Source of the DNA: Eledone cirrhosa
Lineage: Eukaryota
Direction of reading: 5' to 3'
Length of the DNA: 64,000 bases
Assembly (NCBI GenBank): GCA_964016885.1
Contig: OZ024742.1
Span: 220,906,001-220,970,000, forward strand
The notes beneath the pieces were generated by a model. It searched no databases, was not told the DNA's origin, and saw only the letters and a list, made by a program, of their open reading frames with translations. This document shows, in pieces, positions 45,901 to 59,800 of this stretch (the stretch's first letter is position 1; the number at the start of each line of letters is the position of its first letter). The position numbers and the translations under genes are program-made.

Positions 45901-47790
45901 AACGCCTGAGTAGGTTTTTGAGGCTTTTACACCCTCCTCCCTATTCGCTAATCCCACACAATCCCAGCGTGCATCTAAGATCCCGTTCCAGTCGCCCACT
46001 AACACTAAAGAGCGGGACGTTCCAAGAAAGGTCTCCAGATGCCGGAAGAATTCAGGCCGTCCTGCTCCTGTTGGGGCATAGGCGGCCACTAGCCTGAAAG
46101 CTTGTCCTTCTCCGCTGGTCACGTCCAGTACCACCAACTTACCCTCTGGGTCCAAGAAGACGGCCCGTATCTCAAGATCCAGACTGCTCCGGAACAACAC
46201 GGCCACAAAACCTACCTGCGGCTCTTTTTTAGGAAAGGGGTGGGTGATCCATCCCTCCGACCATTGGTGGGTTTCTCCACGAGAATATCCGTGAATATTC
46301 TTTTGGTGATGTTCCCTCGGTAGTTTCCAATTGATGTGGGGAACATTTTTTTTAATGTTATGTAAATTTTTTGTGTGATTTCTATTATTTTTATGTGTGT
46401 GGGGGTGCAATTTTGGTGGTTTGTACATAGTTTGTTTCTGTGATGTTGATGTGGTGTTGAATATAATTTAAAAGTTTTGTGTTGTCGTGTCTATGGCTGT
46501 GTATTGTGCCTGCTGTTGGGGTGTTGGTGCTTTCTGTGTTTGCTGTCATGTTGTTAGAGGTGACGATGTGGTAGATGCTAAGCGTGGCGGTGGTGGTGGT
46601 GTTGGTGGTGTTGGTGGTAATGGTATATGTGGTTATTGATGGTGGTGGAGGAGGTGGGGTAGTTTTCATTTTCTTTTTTTAGGGTTCTTTCTTCCTCTTT
46701 TGTTTGAGGGGGGGGACGAGGGTAGGGAGTTCTTCCTTTTTTTTGTTGGAATAGTCCTCAATTCTTCGGCCTCATCACACTCCTTATCCGATTTAGCTAT
46801 ATCAGGAAGGGGTATGCTTTTCATTGGTTCTGTGGGTGGTGGAAGAGATGGTGTTTTTGTTGTTGGCGATGGTGAATTCTCTTCTGCCACTGTGGTCTTT
46901 GTTTGTTTTCCGCTCCTGTTGCGGGGCGCAGCGTGGGGAGAAGGGGTGGATGCGTGCCTTATTTGGTGAGTTTGGGGCAGAATGCCTTAAGGTGCGTCTT
47001 GTCACCGCATCCATGACACCTTGGGCGCCTACCTTCGACAGTCACAGGTAGATGGCTGCCGTCGTCCAGGTCTATTACATCAGGGATGGCCTCAATGCTC
47101 TCATGGTTTGCTTGGATAATTAGCTCCTTCCCCGACCCTGTCCAATTTTCCTGTCTTATTCGCATAACGTTCAGTATAGTTGTTGAACCCTCAACGTCAG
47201 CGAGGACGGCCGCCGTCAACCACGCCATCTCCACAGAGGGCGGTATCTGGGCCACTCGAACCCTCACGACTCTCTGGCCGCAGTATGTGGGCATCATTAT
47301 GATTTCGTCCCTGCGGAGTGGCGCAATGGAGTGTGCTCTGGCTCCTTCTGGTGTAGCGAAGAGCACAACCACAGTGCCATATCTCAATCCCCGAGCTATG
47401 TATGTTTTCTGTGCCCAGACGGCACCCATAGCTCTTTGGTCCGATCGTGCGATAACTGACCGGACACGAAAGCTTGTTTCTTATTATCTCAGCTGGGCGG
47501 GTGAGACTTACCCTGTGTCCGGTCTTTTTAACCAAGACCTTTGCTTGTTTTATTTCTTCGTTAGTGATGTGTACTTGTTCAAAATTGTTTGTCGCTTGAG
47601 CAAAAGACGTGTTTGTTTTGATTTGTATTGACTCATCAATAGTTTTGTCTTTGTTGCCGTCGTTGGTGTGTTTTTTTTTCCCTCTGTGTTGCTGCTGTTA
47701 TAGTTGTTGTTCTTTGGGTTATTTATGGTTGTTGCTGTTGTTATTGTTGTTATTGGGGTGGTGATGAATAATACAATCTTTAAGAAAAAC
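42980..47790 (-). mobile_element. Tx1-clade LINE, subfamily A copy 3, near full length, degenerate
   Basis: ORF1 (MGAVWAQKTYIA..RCHGCGDKTHLKAFCP, 46959-47429), APE (AAYAP, LVGDWN, DHKFV, YWKLN), RT and CCHC in many frames. The 3' end is AATAAAGAAAGCA followed by TTATTA. The 5' boundary is approximate. Confidence 0.9.
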
Positions 47791-47859
47791 AAAAGGAATG
47801 TAGATAGAAATATTCTTTTCGGTGAAATGGAGAGGATATTACATAGCAGCTAATCCAGA

Positions 47860-50800
47860 GTCCTCCACGCAGCCAATGGAGGATATTGATGAGGCCATTA
47901 CACAGCAGCTTGACCAGTGTCCTACACACACCTCAAGGAGGATAGTGATGAGGCCATTACACAGCAGCTTGACCAGTGTCCTCCACACAGTCCAAGGAGG
48001 ATAGTGAAGAGGCCATTACACAGCAACTTGACCAGTGTCCTCCACACAGCCCAAAGAGGATAGTGATAAAGCCATTACACAGCAGCTTGACCAGTGTCCT
48101 CCACAGAGTCCAAAGAGGATAGTGATCAAGCCATTACACAGCAGCTTGACCAGTTTCCTCCACCCAGCCCAAAGAGGATAGTGATGAGGCCATTACACAG
48201 CAGCTTGACCAGTGTCCTCCACAGAGCCCATGGAGGATAGTGATGAGGCCATTACACAGCAGCTTGACCAGTGTCATCCGGACAGCCCAAGGAGGATAGT
48301 GAAGAGGCCATTACACAGCAGCTTGACCAGTGTCCTCCACACAGCCCAAAGAGGATAGTGATAAGGCCATTACACAGCAGCTTGACCAGTGTCCTCCACA
48401 GAGCCCAAAGAGGATAGTGATGAGGCCATTACACAGCAGCTTGACCAGTTTCCTCCACAGAGCCCATGGAGGATAGTGATGAGGCCATTACACAGCAGCT
48501 TGAGCAGTGTCCTCCACACTGCCCATGTAGGATAGTGATGAGGCCATTACACAGCAGCTTGACCAGTGTCCTCCACACTGCCCATGTAGGATAGTGATGA
48601 GGCCATTACACAGCAGCTTGACGAGTGTCCTCCACACAGCCCATGGAGGATAGTGATGAGGCCATTACACAGCAGCTTGACCAGTGTCCTCCACACTGCC
48701 CATGGAGGATAGTGATGAGGCCTTTACACAGCAGCTTGACCAGTGTCCTCCACACAGCCCATGGATGATAGTGATGAGGCCATTACACAGCAGCTTAACC
48801 AGTGTCCTCCACACAGCCCATGGAGGATAGTGATGAGGCCATTACACAGCAGCTTGACCAGTGTCCTCCACACAGCCCATGGAGCATAGTGATGTGGCCA
48901 TTACACAGCAGCTTGACCAGTGTCCTCCTCACAGCCCAAAGAGGATAGTGATGAGGCCATTACACAGCAGCTTGACCAGTGTCCTCCACACAGCCCATGG
49001 AGGATAGTGATGAGGCCATTACACAGCAGCCTGACCAGTGTCCTCCACACAGCCCATGGAGGATAGTGATGAGACCATTACACAGCAGCTTGACCAGTGT
49101 CCTCCACACAGCCCATGGAGGATAGTGATGAGGCCATTACACAGCAGCTTGACCAGTGTCCTCCACACAGCCCATGGAGGATAGTGATGAGGCCATTACA
49201 CAGCAGCTTGACCAGTGTCCTCCTCACAGCCCAAAGAGGATAGTGATGACGCCATTACACAGCAGCTTGACCAGTGAACTCCACACAGCCCATGGAGGAT
49301 AGTGATGAGGCCATTACACAGCAGCTTGACCAGTGTCCTCCTCACAGCCCAAAGAGGATAGTGATGACGCCATTACACAGCAGCTTGACCAGTGTCCTCC
49401 ACACAGCCCATGGAGGATAGTGATGAGGCCATTACACAGCAGCTTGACTAGTGTCCTCCACACTGCCCAAGGAGGATAGTGGTGGGGCCATTACACAGCA
49501 GCTTGACCAGTGTCCTCCTCACAGCCCAAAGAGGATAGTGATGAGGCCATTACACAGCAGCTTGTCGAGTGTCCTCCACAGAGTCCATGGAGGATAGTGA
49601 TGAGGCCATTACACAGCAGCTTGTCGAGTGTCCTCCACACAGCCCAAGGAGGATAGTGGTGAGGCCATTACACAGCAGCTTGACTAGTGTCCTCCACACT
49701 GCCCAAGGAGGATAGTGGTGAGGCCATTACACAGCAGCTTGACCAGTGTCCTCCACACTGCCCATGGAGGATAGTGATAAGGCCATTACACAGCAGCTTG
49801 ACCAGTGTCCTCCACACTGCCCATGGAGGATAGTGATAAGGCCATTACACAGCAGCTTGACCAGTGTCCTCCACACTGCCCATGGAGGATAGTGATAAGG
49901 CCATTACACAGCAGCTTGACCAGTGTCCTCCACACTGCCCATGGAGGATAGTGATGAGGCCATTACACAGCATCTTGACCAGTGTCCTCCACACTGCCCA
50001 TGGAGGATAGTGATAAGGCCATTACACAGCAGCTTGACCAGTGTCCTCCACACTGCCCATGGAGGATAGTGATGAGGCCATTACACAGCAGCTTGACCAG
50101 TGTCCTCCACAGAGCCCATGGAGTATAGTGATGAGGCCATTACACAGCAGCTTGACCAGTGTCCTCCACACTGCCCATGGAGGATAGTGATGGGGCCATT
50201 ACACAGCAGCTTGACCAGTGTCCTCCACACTGCCCATGGAGGATAGTGATGAGGCCATTACACAGCAGCTTGACCAGTGTCTTCCACACAGTCCATGGAC
50301 GATAGTGATGAGGCCATTACACAGCAGCTTGACCAGTGTCCTCCACACTGCCCATGGAGGATAGTGATGAGGCCATTACACAGCAGCTTGACCAGTGTCC
50401 TCCACACTGCCCATGGAGGATAGTGATGAGGCCATTACACAGCAGCTTGACCAGTGTCCTCCACACTGCCCATGGAGGATAGTGATGAGGCCATTACACA
50501 GCAGCTTCACCAGCGTCCTCCACACTGCCCAAGGAGGATAGTGATGAGGCCATTACACAGCAGCTTGACCAGTGTCCTCCACACTGCCCATGGAGGATAG
50601 TGATGAGGCCACTACACAGCAGCTTGACCAGTGTCCTCCAAAGAGCCCATGGAGGATAGTGATGTGGCCATTACACAGCAGCTTGACCAGTGTCCTCCAC
50701 ACTGCCCATGGAGGATAGTGATGAGGCCACTACACAGCAGCTTGACCAGTGTCCTCCAAAGAGCCCATGGAGGATAGTGATGAGGCCATTACACAGCAGC

Positions 50801-53800
50801 TTGACCAGTGTCCTCCACACTGCCCATGGAGGATAGTGATGAGGCCAGTACACAGCAGCTTCACCAGTGTCCTCCAAAGAGCCCATGGAGGATAGTGATG
50901 AGGCCATTACACAGCAGCTTCACCAGTGTCCTCCACACTGCCCAAGGAGGATAGTGATGAGGCCATTACACAGCAGCTTCACCAGTGTCCTCCACACCGC
51001 CCAAGGAGGATAGTGGTGAGGCCATTACACAGCAGCTTGACCAGTGTCCTCCACACTGCCCATGGAGGATAGTGATGAGGCCATTACACAGCAGCTTCAC
51101 CAGTGTCCTCCACACTGCCCATGGAGGATAGTGATGAGGCCACTACACAGCAGCTTGACCAGTGTCCTCCAAAGAGCCCATGGAGGATAGTGATGAGGCC
51201 ATTACACAGCAGCTTGACCAGTGTCCTCCACACTGCCCATGGAGGATAGTGATGAGGCCACTACACAGCAGCTTGACCAGTGTCCTCCACACTGCCCATG
51301 GAGGATAGTGATGTGGCCATTACACAGCAGCTTGACCAGTGTCCTCCACACTGCCCATGGAGGATAGTGATGAGGCCATTACACAGCAGCTTGACCAGTG
51401 TCCTCCTCACAGCCCAAAGAGGATAGTGATGAGGCCATTACACAGCAGCTTGACCAGTGTCCTCCTCACAGCCCAAAGAGGATAATGATGAGGCCATTAC
51501 ACAGCAGCTTGACCAGTGTCTTCCACACTGCCCATGGAGGATAGTGATGAGGCCATTACACAGCAGCTTGACCAGTGTCCTCCACACTGCCCATGGAGGA
51601 TAGTGATGAGGCCATTACACAGCGGCTTGACCAGTGTCCTCCACACAGCCCATGGAGGATAGTGATGAGGCCATTACACAGCAGCTTGACCAGTGTCCCC
51701 CACACTGCCCATGGAGGATAGTGATGAGGCCATTACACAGCAGCTTGACCAGTGTCCTCCACACCACCGCCTATGGAGGATAGTGAAGAGGCCATTACAC
51801 AGCAGCTTGACCAGTGTCCTCCACACAGCCCATGGAGGATAGTGATGAGGCCATTACACAGCAGATTGACCAGTGTCCTCCACCCATCCCATGGAGGATA
51901 GTGATGAGGCCATTACACAGCAGCTTGACCAGTGTCCTCCACAGAGCCCATGGAGGATAGTGATGAGATATTACACAGCAGCTTGACCAGTTTCCTCCAC
52001 CCAGCCCAAAGAGGATAGTGATGAGGCCATTACACAGCAGCTTGACCAGTGTCCTCCACAGAGCCCATGGAGGATAGTGATGAAGCCATTACACAGCAGC
52101 TTGACCAGTGTCTTCCACACAGCCCAAGGAGGATAGTGAAGAGGCCATTACACAGCAGCTTGACCAGTGTCCTCCACACAGCCCAAAGAGGATAGTGATA
52201 AGGCCATTACACAGCAGCTTGACCAGTGTCCTCCACAGAGCCCAAAGAGGATAGTGATGAGGCCATTACACAGCAGCTTGACCAGTGTCCTCCACAGAGC
52301 CCATGGAGGATAGTGATGAGGCCATTACACAGCAGCTTGACCAGTGTCCTCCGCAGAGCCCATGGAGGATAGTGATGAGGCCATTACACAGCAGCTTGAC
52401 CAGTGTCCTCCACACAGCCCAAAGAGGATAGTGATGAGGCCATTACACAGCAGCTTGACCAGTGTCCTCCACACAGCCCAAAGAGGATAGTGATGACACC
52501 ATTACACAGCAGCTTGACCAGTGTCCTCCACACTGCCCATGGAGGATAGTGATGAGGCCATTACACAGCAGCTTGACCAGTTTCCTCCACACTGCCCATG
52601 GAGGATAGTGATGAGGCCATTACACAGCAGCTTGACCAGTGTCCTCCACACTGCCCATGGAGGATAGTGATGAGGCCATTACACAGCAGCTTAACCAGTG
52701 TCCTCCACCCAGCCCATGGAGAATAGTGATGAGGCCATTACACGGCAGCTTGACCAGTGTCCTCCACAAAGCCCATGGAGGATAGTGATGAGGCCATTAC
52801 ACAGCAGCTTGACCAGTGTCCTCCACACTGCCCATAGAGGATAGTGATGAGGCCATTACACAGCAGCTTGACCAGTGTCCTCCACACTGCCCATGGAGGA
52901 TAGTGATGAGGCCATTACACAGCAGCTTGACCAGTGTCCTCCACACTGCCCATGGAGGATAGTGATGAGGCCATTACACAGCAGCTTAACCAGTGTCCTC
53001 CACACTGCCCATGGAGGATAGTGATGAGGCCTTTACACAGCAGCTTGACCAGTGTCCTCCACATTGCCCATGGAGGATAGTGATGAGGCCATTACACAGC
53101 AGCTTGACCAGTGTCCTCCACACTGCCCATGGAGGATAGTGATGAGGCCATTACACAGCAGCTTAACCAGTGTCCTCCACACTGCCCATGGAGGATAGTG
53201 ATGAGGCCTTTACACAGCAGCTTGACCAGTGTCCTCCACACTGCCCATGGAGGATAGTGATGAGGCCTTTACACAGCAGCTTGACCAGTGTCCTCCACAC
53301 AGCCCATGAAGGATAGTGATGAGGCCATTACACAGCAGCTTGACCAGTGTCCTTCACAGAGCCCATGGAGGATAGTGATGAGGCCATTACACAGCAGCTT
53401 GACCAGTGTCCTCCACACAGCCCATGGAGGATAGTGATGAGGCCATTACACAGCAGCTTGACCAGTGTCCTCCACCCAGCCCATGGAGGATAGTGATGAG
53501 GCCATTACACAGCAGCTTGATCAGTGTCCTCCACACTGCCCATGGAGGATAGTGATGAGGCCATTACACAGCAGCTTGACCAGTGTCCTCCACACTGCCC
53601 ATGGAGGATAGTGATGAGGCCATTACACAGCAGCTTGACCAGTGTCCTCCACCCAGCCCATGGAGGATAGTGATGAGGCCATTACACAGCAGCTTGACCA
53701 GTGTCCTCCACCCAGCCCATGGAGGATAGTGATGAGGCCATTACACAGCAGCTTGACCAGTGTCCTCCACACTGCTCATGGAGGATAGTGATGAGGCCAT

Positions 53801-56800
53801 TACACAGCAGCTTGACCAGTGTCCTCCACAATGCCCATGGAGGATAGTGATGAGGCCATTATACAGCAGCTTGACCAGTGTCCTCCACCCAGCCCATAGA
53901 GGATAGTGATGAGGCCATTACACAGCAGCTTGACCAGTGTCCTCCACACAGTCCATGGTGGATAGTGATGAGGCCATTACACAGCAGCTTGACCAGTGTC
54001 CTCCACCCAGCCCATGGAGGATAGTGATGAGGCCATTACACAGCAGCTTGACCAGTGTCCTCCACACTGCCCATGGAGGATAGTGATGAGGCCATTACAC
54101 AGCAGCTTGACCAGTGTCCTCCACACAGTCCATGGAGGATAGTGATGAGGCCATTACACAGCAGCTTGACCAGTGTCCTCCACACTGCCCATGGAGGATA
54201 GTGATGAGGCCATAACACAGCAGCTTGACCAGTGTCCTCCACACAGCCCATGGAGGATACTGATGAGGCCATTACACAGCAGCTTGACCAGTGTCCTCCA
54301 CACAGCCCATGGAGGATAGTGATGAGGCCATTACACTGCAGCTTGACCAGTGTCCTCCACACAGCCCATGGAGGATAGTGATGAGGCCATTACACAGCAG
54401 CTTGACCAGTGTCCTCCTCACAGCCCATGGAGGATAGTGATGAGGCCATTACACAGCAGCTTGACCAGTGTCCTCCACACAGCCCATGGAGGATAGTGAT
54501 GAGGCCATTACACTGCAGCTTGACCAGTGTCCTCCACACAGCCCATGGAGGATAGTGATGAGGCCATTACACAGCAGCTTGACCAGTGTTCTCCACACAG
54601 CCCATGGAGGATAGTGATGAGGCCATTACTAGCAGCTTGTCCAGTGTCCTCCACACTGCCCATGGAGGATAGTGATGAGGCCATTACACAGCAGCTTGAC
54701 CAGTGTCCTCCACACTGCCCATGGAGGATAGTGATGAGGCCATTACACAGCAGCTTGACCAGTGTCCTCCACACTGCTCATGGAGGATAGTGATGAGGCC
54801 ATTACACAGCAGCTTGACCAGTGTCCTCCACACTGCCCATGGAGAATAGTGATGGGGCCATTACACAGCAACTTGACCAGTGTCCTCCACGTTGCCCATG
54901 GAGGATAGTGATGAGGCCTTTACACAGCAGCTTGACCAGTGTCCTCCACACTGCCCATGGAGGATAGTGATGAGGCCATTACACAGCAACTTGACCAGTG
55001 TCCTCCACATTGCCCATGGAGGATAGTGATGAGGCCTTTACACAGCAGCTTGACCAGTGTCCTCCACACTGCCCATGGAGGATAGTGATGAGGCCATTAC
55101 ACAGCAGCTTAACCAGTGTCCTCCACACTGCCCATGGAGGATAGTGATGAGGCCTTTACACAGCAGCTTGACCAGTGTCCTCCACCCATCCCATGGAGGA
55201 TAGTGATGAGGCCATTACACAGCAGCTTGACCAGTGTCCTCCACACAACCCATGGAGGATAGTGATGAGGCCATTACACAGCAGATTGACCAGTGTCCTC
55301 CACCCATCCCATGGAGGATAGTGATGAGGCCATTACACAGCAGCTTGACCAGTGTCCTCCACAGAGCCCATGGAGGATAGTGATGAAGCCATTACACAGC
55401 AGCTTGACCAGTGTCTTCCACACAGCCCAAGGAGGATAGTGAAGAGGCCATTACACAGCAGCTTGACCAGTCTCCTCCACACAGCCCAAAGAGGATAGTG
55501 ATAAGGCCATTACACAGCAGCTTGACCAGTGTCCTCCACAGAGCCCAAAGAGGATAGTGATCAGGCCATTACACAGCAGCTTGACCAGTTTCCTCCACCC
55601 AGCCCAAAGAGGATAGTGATGAGGCCATTACACAGCAGCTTGACCAGTGTCCTCCACCCAGCCCATGGAGGAGAGTGATGAGGCCATTACACAGCAGCTT
55701 GGCCAGTGTCCTCCTCACAGCCCAAAGAGGATAGTGATGTGGCCATTACACAGCAGCTTGACCAGTGTCCTCCACACAGCGCATGGAGGATAGTGATGAG
55801 GCCATTACACAGCAGCTTGACCAGTGTCCTCCACACTGCCCATGGAGGATAGTGATGAGGCCATTACACAGCAGCTTGACCAGTGTCCTCCACCCAGCCC
55901 ATGGAGGATAGTGATGAGTCCATTAGACAGCAGCTTGACCAGTGTCCTCCACCAAGCCCATGGAGGATAGTGATGAGGCCATTACACAGCAGCTTGACCA
56001 GTGTCCTCCACCCAGCCCATGGAGGATAGTGATGAGGCCATTACACAGCAGCTTGACCAGTGTCCTCCACCCAGCCCATGGAGGATAGTGATGAGGCCAT
56101 TACTAGCAGCTTGACCAGTGTCCTCCACACTGCCCATGGAGGATAGTGATGAGGCCATTACACAGCAGCTTGACCAGTGTCCTCCACACTGCCGATGGAG
56201 GATAGTGATGAGGCCATTACACAGCAGCTTGACCAGTGTCCTCCACACTGCTCATGGAGGATAGTGATGAGGCCATTACACAGCAGCTTGACCAGTGTCC
56301 TCCACACTGCCCATGGAGGATAGTGATGAGGCCATTACACAGCAACTTGACCAGTGTCCTCCACATTGCCCATGGAGGATAGTGATGAGGCCTTTACACA
56401 GCAGCTTGACCAGTGTCCTCCACACTGCCCATGGAGGATAGTGATGAGGCCATTACACAGCAGCTTGACCAGTGTCCTCCACACTGCTCATGGAGGATAG
56501 TGATGAGGCCATTACACAGCAGCTTGACCAGTGTCCTCCACACTGCCCATGGAGGATAGTGATGAGGCCATTACACAGCAACTTGACCAGTGTCCTCCAC
56601 ATTGCCCATGGAGGATAGTGATGAGGCCTTTACACAGCAGCTTGACCAGTGTCCTCCACACTGCCGATGGAGGATAGTGATGAGGCCATTACACAGCAGC
56701 TTGACCAGTGTCCTCCACACTGCTCATGGAGGATAGTGATGAGGCCATTACACAGCAGCTTGACCAGTGTCCTCCACACTGCCCATGGAGGGTAGTGATG

Positions 56801-59800
56801 AGGCCATTACACAGCAACTTGACCAGTGTCCTCCACATTGCCCATGGAGGATAGTGATGAGGCCTTTACACAGCAGCTTGACCAGTGTCCTCCACACTGC
56901 CCATGGAGGATAGTGATGAGGCCATTACACAGCAGCTTGACCAGTGTCCTCCACACTGCCCATGGAGGATAGTGATGAGGCCTTTACACATCAGCTTAAC
57001 CAGTGTCCTCCACACTGCCCATGGAGGATAGTGATGAGGCCTTTACACAGCAGCTTGACCAGTGTCCTCCACACTGCCCATGGAGGATAGTGATGAGGCC
57101 TTTACACAGCAGCTTGACCAGTGTCCTCCACACTGCCCATGGAGGATAGTGATGAGGCCATTACACAGCAGCTTAACCAGTGTCCTCCACACTGCCCATG
57201 GAGGATAGTGATGAGGCCTTTACACAGCAGCTTGACCAGTGTCCTCCACAGAACCCACGGAGGATAGTGATGAGGCCTTTACACAGCAGCTTGACCAGTG
57301 TCCTCCACACTGCCCATGGAGGATAGTGATGAGGCCATTACACAGCAGCTTAACCAGTGTCCTCCACACTGCCCATGGAGGAGAGTGATGAGGCCTTTAC
57401 ACAGCAGCTTCACCAGTGTCCTCCACACTGCCCATGGAGGATAGTGATGAGGCCTTTACACAGCAGCTTGACCAGTGTCCTCCACACTGCCCATGGAGGA
57501 TAGTGATGAGGCCTTTACACAGCAGCTTGACCAGTGTCCTTCACAGAGCCCATGGAGGATAGTGATGAGGCCATTACACAGCAGCTTGACCAGTGTCCTC
57601 CACACAGCCCATGGAGGATAGTCATGAGGCGATTACACAGCAGCTTGACCAGTGTCCTCCACCCAGCCCATGGAGGATAGTAATGAGGCCATTACACAGC
57701 AGCTTGACCAGTGTCCTCCACCCAGCCCATGGAGGATAGTGATGAGGCCATTACACAGCAGCTTGACCAGTGTCCTCCACAATGCGCATGGAGGATAGTG
57801 ATGAGGCCATTACACAGCAGCTTGACCAGTGTCCTCCACCCAGCCCATGGAGGATAGTGATGAGGCCATTACACAGCAGCTTGACCAGTGTCCTCCACAC
57901 TGCTCATGGAGGATAGTGATGAGGCCATTACACAGCAGCTTGACCAGTGTCCTCCACCCAGTCCATGGAGGAGAGTGATGAGGCCATTACACAGCAGCTT
58001 GACCAGTGTCCTCCACACTTCCCATGGAGGATAGTGATGAGGCCATTACACAGCAGCTTGACCAGTGTCCTCCACACAGTCCATGGAGGATAGTGATGAG
58101 GCCATTACACAACAGCTTGACCAGTGTCCTCCACACTGCCCATGGAGGATAGTGATGAGGCCATTACACAGCAGCTTGACCAGTGTCCTCCACACAGCCC
58201 ATGGAGGATAGTGATGAGGCCATTACACAGCAGCTTGACCAGTGTCCTCCACACAGCACATGGAGGATAGTGATGAGGCCATTACACTGCAGCTTGACCA
58301 GTGTCCTCCACACAGCCCATGGAGGATAGTGATGAGGCCATCACACAGCAGCTTGACCAGTGTCCTCCTCACAGCCCATGGAGGATAGTGATGAGGCCAT
58401 TACACAGCAGCTTGACCAGTGTCCTCCTCACAGCCCATGGAGGATAATGATGAGGCCATTACACAGCAGTTTGACCAGTGTCCTCCACACAGCCCATGGA
58501 GGATAGTGATGAGGCCATTACACAGCAGCTTGACCAGTGTCCTCCACACAGCCCATGAAGGATAGTGATGAGGCCATTACACAGCAGCTTGACCAGTGTC
58601 CTCCACACAGCCCAAAGAGGATAGTGATGAGGCCATTACACAGCAGCTTGACCAGTGTCCTCCACACTGCCCATGGAGGATAGTGATGAGGCCATTACAC
58701 AGCAGCTTGACCAGTGTCCTCCACACTGCCCATGGAGGATAGTGATGAGGCCATTACACAGCAGCTTGACCAGTGTCCTCCACACTGCCCATGGAGGATA
58801 GTGATGAGGCCATTACACAGCAGCTTGACCAGTGTCCTCCACACTGCCCATGGAGGATAGTGATGAGGCCATTACACAGCAGCTTCACCAGTGTCCTCCT
58901 CACAGCCCATGGAGGATAGTGATGAGGCCATTACACAGCAGCTTGACCAGTGTCCTCCACACTGCCCATGGAGGATAGTGATGAGGCCTTTACACAGCAG
59001 CTTGACCAGTGTCCTTCACAGAGCCCATGGAGGATAGTGATGAGGCCATTACACAGCAGCTTCACCAGTGTCCTCCACACTGCCCATGGAGGATAGTGAT
59101 GAGGCCATTACACAGCAGCTTCACCAGTGTCCTCCACACTGCCCATGGAGGATAGTGATGAGGCCATTACACAGCAGCTTAACCAGTGTCCTCCACACTG
59201 CCCATGGAGGATAGTGATGAGGCCTTTACACAGCAGCTTGACCAGTGTCCTTCACAGAGCCCATGGAGGATAGTGATGAGGCCATTACACAGCAGCTTGA
59301 CCAGTGTCCTCCACACAGCCCATGGAGGATAGTCATGAGGCGATTACACAGCAGCTTGACCAGTGTCCTCCACCCAGCCCATGGAGGATAGTGATGAGGC
59401 CATTACACAGCAGCTTGACCAGTGTCCTCCACCCAGCCCATGGAGGATAGTGATGAGGCCATTACACAGCAGCTTGACCAGTGTCCTCCACAATGCCCAT
59501 GGAGGATAGTGATGAGGCCATTACACAGCAGCTTGACCAGTGTCCTCCACCCAGCCCATGGAGGATAGTGATGAGGCCATTACACAGCAGCTTGACCAGT
59601 GTCCTCCACACAGTCCATGGAGGATAGTGATGAGGCCATTACACAGCAGCTTGACCAGTTTCCTCCACCCAGCCCATGGAGGATAGTGATGAGGCCATTA
59701 CACAGCAGCTTGACCAGTGTCCTCCACACAGTCCATGGAGGATAGTGATGAGGCCATTACACAACAGCTTGACCAGTGTCCTCCACACTGCCCATGGAGG

